From the NCBI GenBank assembly GCA_040954595.2, contig CM082598.2, forward strand, positions 6,525,097 to 6,589,096: 64,000 nt of DNA. Direction: 5' to 3'. The DNA comes from Balanoglossus misakiensis. Taxonomy: Eukaryota; Animalia; Hemichordata. Under the pieces are notes generated by a model, which was given only the letters and a program-made list of their open reading frames with translations, searched no databases and was not told where the DNA came from. Position numbers and translations under genes: made by a program. This document shows, piece by piece, positions 61,016-64,000 of this stretch. The stretch's first letter is position 1. Every line of letters starts with the position of its first letter.

Positions 61016-64000
61016 AGTCTATGTACATGTATTAGTCCCGCCATGAACAACGTCCATAATCGCACGTATCTCTTCTTGTATGTGGAAGCGATTAGTTACA
61101 CTTTGGGCGTAACACCCTGACTGTTTTGTCGATGTCGCCGCTCGATACTGCACAGAAAAAAAACAAATCAACATGAATCGTTAAAGTTTAAGCTTGGGCC
61201 TACTATCCCTATGTAAAGCTGAGTGTCAATTACTGTTAGCAACAATGTTATTTGGCGATGATTTTTGAGATAAGCAAGATGTCACTCAAAGGAGTGGGTG
61301 TGGCCATGGTGTTGTGATGTTATACGCACATTAATCAAAGATATCGCTTTGGTCCAAAAACACAATTTGTTCTGACACGTTCTTGTCTCACTTAAAAGTC
61401 TCTGCGTTTGGATGATACCAAGAGGTGATGGTACGATTAGGGTATTTATGGCCAGAGTGGAAGATACCTGTGTTCTCTCTGATAATTTAGCCCCAAAGTT
61501 GCTATAGATTTCCTTTTAAGTCGGCATTGCACGAAATCGCCAAGACTTTTTCAGAGGCCTATTTCTCATCAAAGACAACGTTAAAACCCCAATAAACTAT
61601 ACATATTCTGGAAGCTGAGTTTTTGAACTTTTGTTTTAATTGCACATTTTATTGACCCCTGGAAAAGGTGGTGTTATTGGGTTAAAAACATTTGTTGATA
61701 TTATGTCATTCAATTGAAATTAGGTAAAAAAGTTGACCATGCATCATGCATCTTAATATGTCATTCGAAACTAGAGTACACGTGCAAAAAACAAAATTTT
61801 GTTTTGCGTTATCTGCTTCCTTTGAGGAGTAACAGCGTTTGAAAGTTAGAATTTTAGAAACATTGATCACATTCACGGTGAGTAGTATTGAATCAGAGTT
61901 TATTCCCGCCAGGGACACTTTATCGACTAAATATTTTTCCTGTTGCTAGATGGGTCATACACAATCCCCTGTTAAATTTGAGCAAATTCGGCCAATGCGG
62001 AGTGATGCTAAATTCTTCTGAAGTTGTCAAAAGTGACGAAAATACAAACTGAGAAAACGGCAATTTACATTGTTGACACCTATTTCTTAAGCTGCGGACT
62101 CATTTAGGAAAGTGATATTTTTGGGTGATTATGTACCATTTCCACCAAAACGCATTTGTCAGAATATGGGTCAGTATTAGACCTACCAATTTATGTGAAA
62201 AAAGTACAATTTGGCAAAAATCACAACTTTTCACGCAATGCCACCTTAAGGATGTACGTGCAGAACGTAAACTTGTAAACTGTGCGAATTACTATGCATA
62301 TGTCTTTTCCTACAAAGGATTACATTGAGAATCGCTAGAAAAGCTCACTTCTACTATTGTCATTTTCACAAAATTATACACATATTCAGTCAAGTAAAAA
62401 TAAATTCATTGGTCAAATAAAATCGTGTGGTCACCGCGCTCTATTTTGAGATAAACTTCATTAAATGTTTTGCCCATAGACAAACCATTGATGAAAAATA
62501 CTGACTCATTCATAGCCTTGTATTTCAAAAACAAACCTATATTTTATCACAGATTTTTGTTTATGCTTATCAAGGAGAAACCAAAAATGACAATACTTTC
62601 AATTTTACTTATCGTACATCCTTAAGGTGGCATTGCACTAAACCGTCAAGACTTTTTCAGAGGCCTATTTCTCATCAAAGACAACTTTAACACCCCTATA
62701 AACCATACATTTTCTGGAAGCTGAGATTTTGAACTTTTGTTTGAATTGCACATTTTATTGACCCCTGGAAATGGTGGTTTTTTGGGGTTAAAAAACTTTT
62801 TTGATATCATGTCATTCAATTGAAATTAGGTAAAAAAGTTGACCATGCATCATGCATCTTAATATGTCATTCGAAACTAGAGTACACGTGCAAAAAACAA
62901 AATTTTGTTTTGCGTTATCTGCTTCCTTTGAGGAGTAACAGCGTTTGAAAGTTAGAATTTTAGAAAAATTGATCACATTCACGGTGAGTTGTATTGAATC
63001 AGAGTTTATTCCCGCCAGGGACACTTTATCGACTAAATATTTTTCCTGTTGCTAGATGGGTCATACACAATCCCCTGTTAAAATTTGACCATTTTCTATG
63101 GTGATGGTTTGAAATCCAGTCAGTATCTCATTTTCTGTTCCACATAGAAACAAACTGGCAGCCTCATTTTACCATAAAGCTCCAGTCTATATGTACATGT
63201 ATTAGTCCCACCATGAACGACGTCCATAATCGCACGTATCTCTTCTTCTACGTGGAAGCGATTAGTTCCACTTTGGGCGTAACACCCTGAATGTTTTGTC
63301 GATGTTGCCGCTCGATACTGCACAGATAAAATCAATCAACATGAATCGTTAAAGTTTAAGCTTGGACCTACTATCCCTATGTATAGCTGAGTGCCAATTA
63401 CTGTTAGCAACAATGTTATTTTGCGATGATTTTTGAGTTAATCAAGATGTCACTCAAAGGAGTGGGTGTAGCCATGGTGTTGTGATGTTATACGTACATT
63501 AATCAAAGATGTCGCTTTGGTCCGAAATACAATTTGTTCAGACACGTTCTTAAAAGTCACTGCGTTTGGATGATACCAAGAGGCGACGGTACGATTAGGG
63601 TATTAATGGCCAGAGTGGAAGATACCTGTGTTCTCTCTGATAATTTAACCCTCAAATTTGCTATAGATTTCCTTCTTAAGGTGGCATTGCACGAAACCGT
63701 CAAGACTTTTTCAGAGGCCTAATTCTCATCAAAGACAACGTTAAAACCCCTATATACCATACATATTCTGGAAGCTGAGTTTTTGAACTTTTGTTTGAAT
63801 TGCACATTTTATTGAACCCTGGAAATGGTGGTGTTTTGGGGTTAAAAAATCATGTTTTTGATATTATGTCATTCAATTGAAATTAGTTTAAAAAAGTTGA
63901 CCATGCATCATGCATCTTAATATGTCATTCGAAACTAGAGTACACGTGCAAAAAAAACGAAAATTCTGTTTTGCGCTATCTGCTTCCATTGAGGAGTAAC
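61016..64000. repeat. Tandem duplication with period of about 2.17 kb (61016-61840 vs 63184-64000)
   Basis: atgtacatgtattagtccc...gctatagatttcc followed by a Kolobok-like copy occurs twice. Confidence 0.9.
61520..63090. mobile_element. Chain of Kolobok-like MITEs (61520-62245, 62250-62621, 62626-~63090) joined by single TTAAs
   Basis: ...GCAATGCCACC-TTAA-GGATGTACG...CGTACATCC-TTAA-GGTGGCATTGCA... Confidence 0.85.

Overview
Intron-containing, repeat-rich animal genomic DNA, probably from a marine invertebrate (the taxon cannot be fixed from sequence alone). Host genes: (1) two tandem minus-strand paralogs of a secreted mosaic protein (signal peptide-PAN/apple-EGF-TSP1x3-Sushi x2-C-type lectin). 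One is nearly complete at about 6.4-12.1 kb and the other runs off the left edge. (2) A five-exon plus-strand EgtD/Methyltransf_33-family N-methyltransferase gene at 23.9-28.1 kb, whose apparent ATG is one base out of frame. An intact, apparently very young Gypsy LTR retrotransposon sits at 29479-37553, with apparently identical 642-bp LTRs, a tRNA-Ser PBS and a -1 frameshift. Each LTR contains a 255-nt GT-AG intron whose last 65 nt exactly duplicate the predicted first exon. This layout would let reverse transcription rebuild the intron from a spliced RNA and is the top finding. The rest is nested transposon debris (L2, CR1, RTE-X and Tx1-like LINEs, DIRS, CACTA, Harbinger and Kolobok-like MITEs, a RAG1/Transib-like transposase relic) plus a 4.3-kb satellite of 70-bp units. 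All alignments and counts were made by eye.
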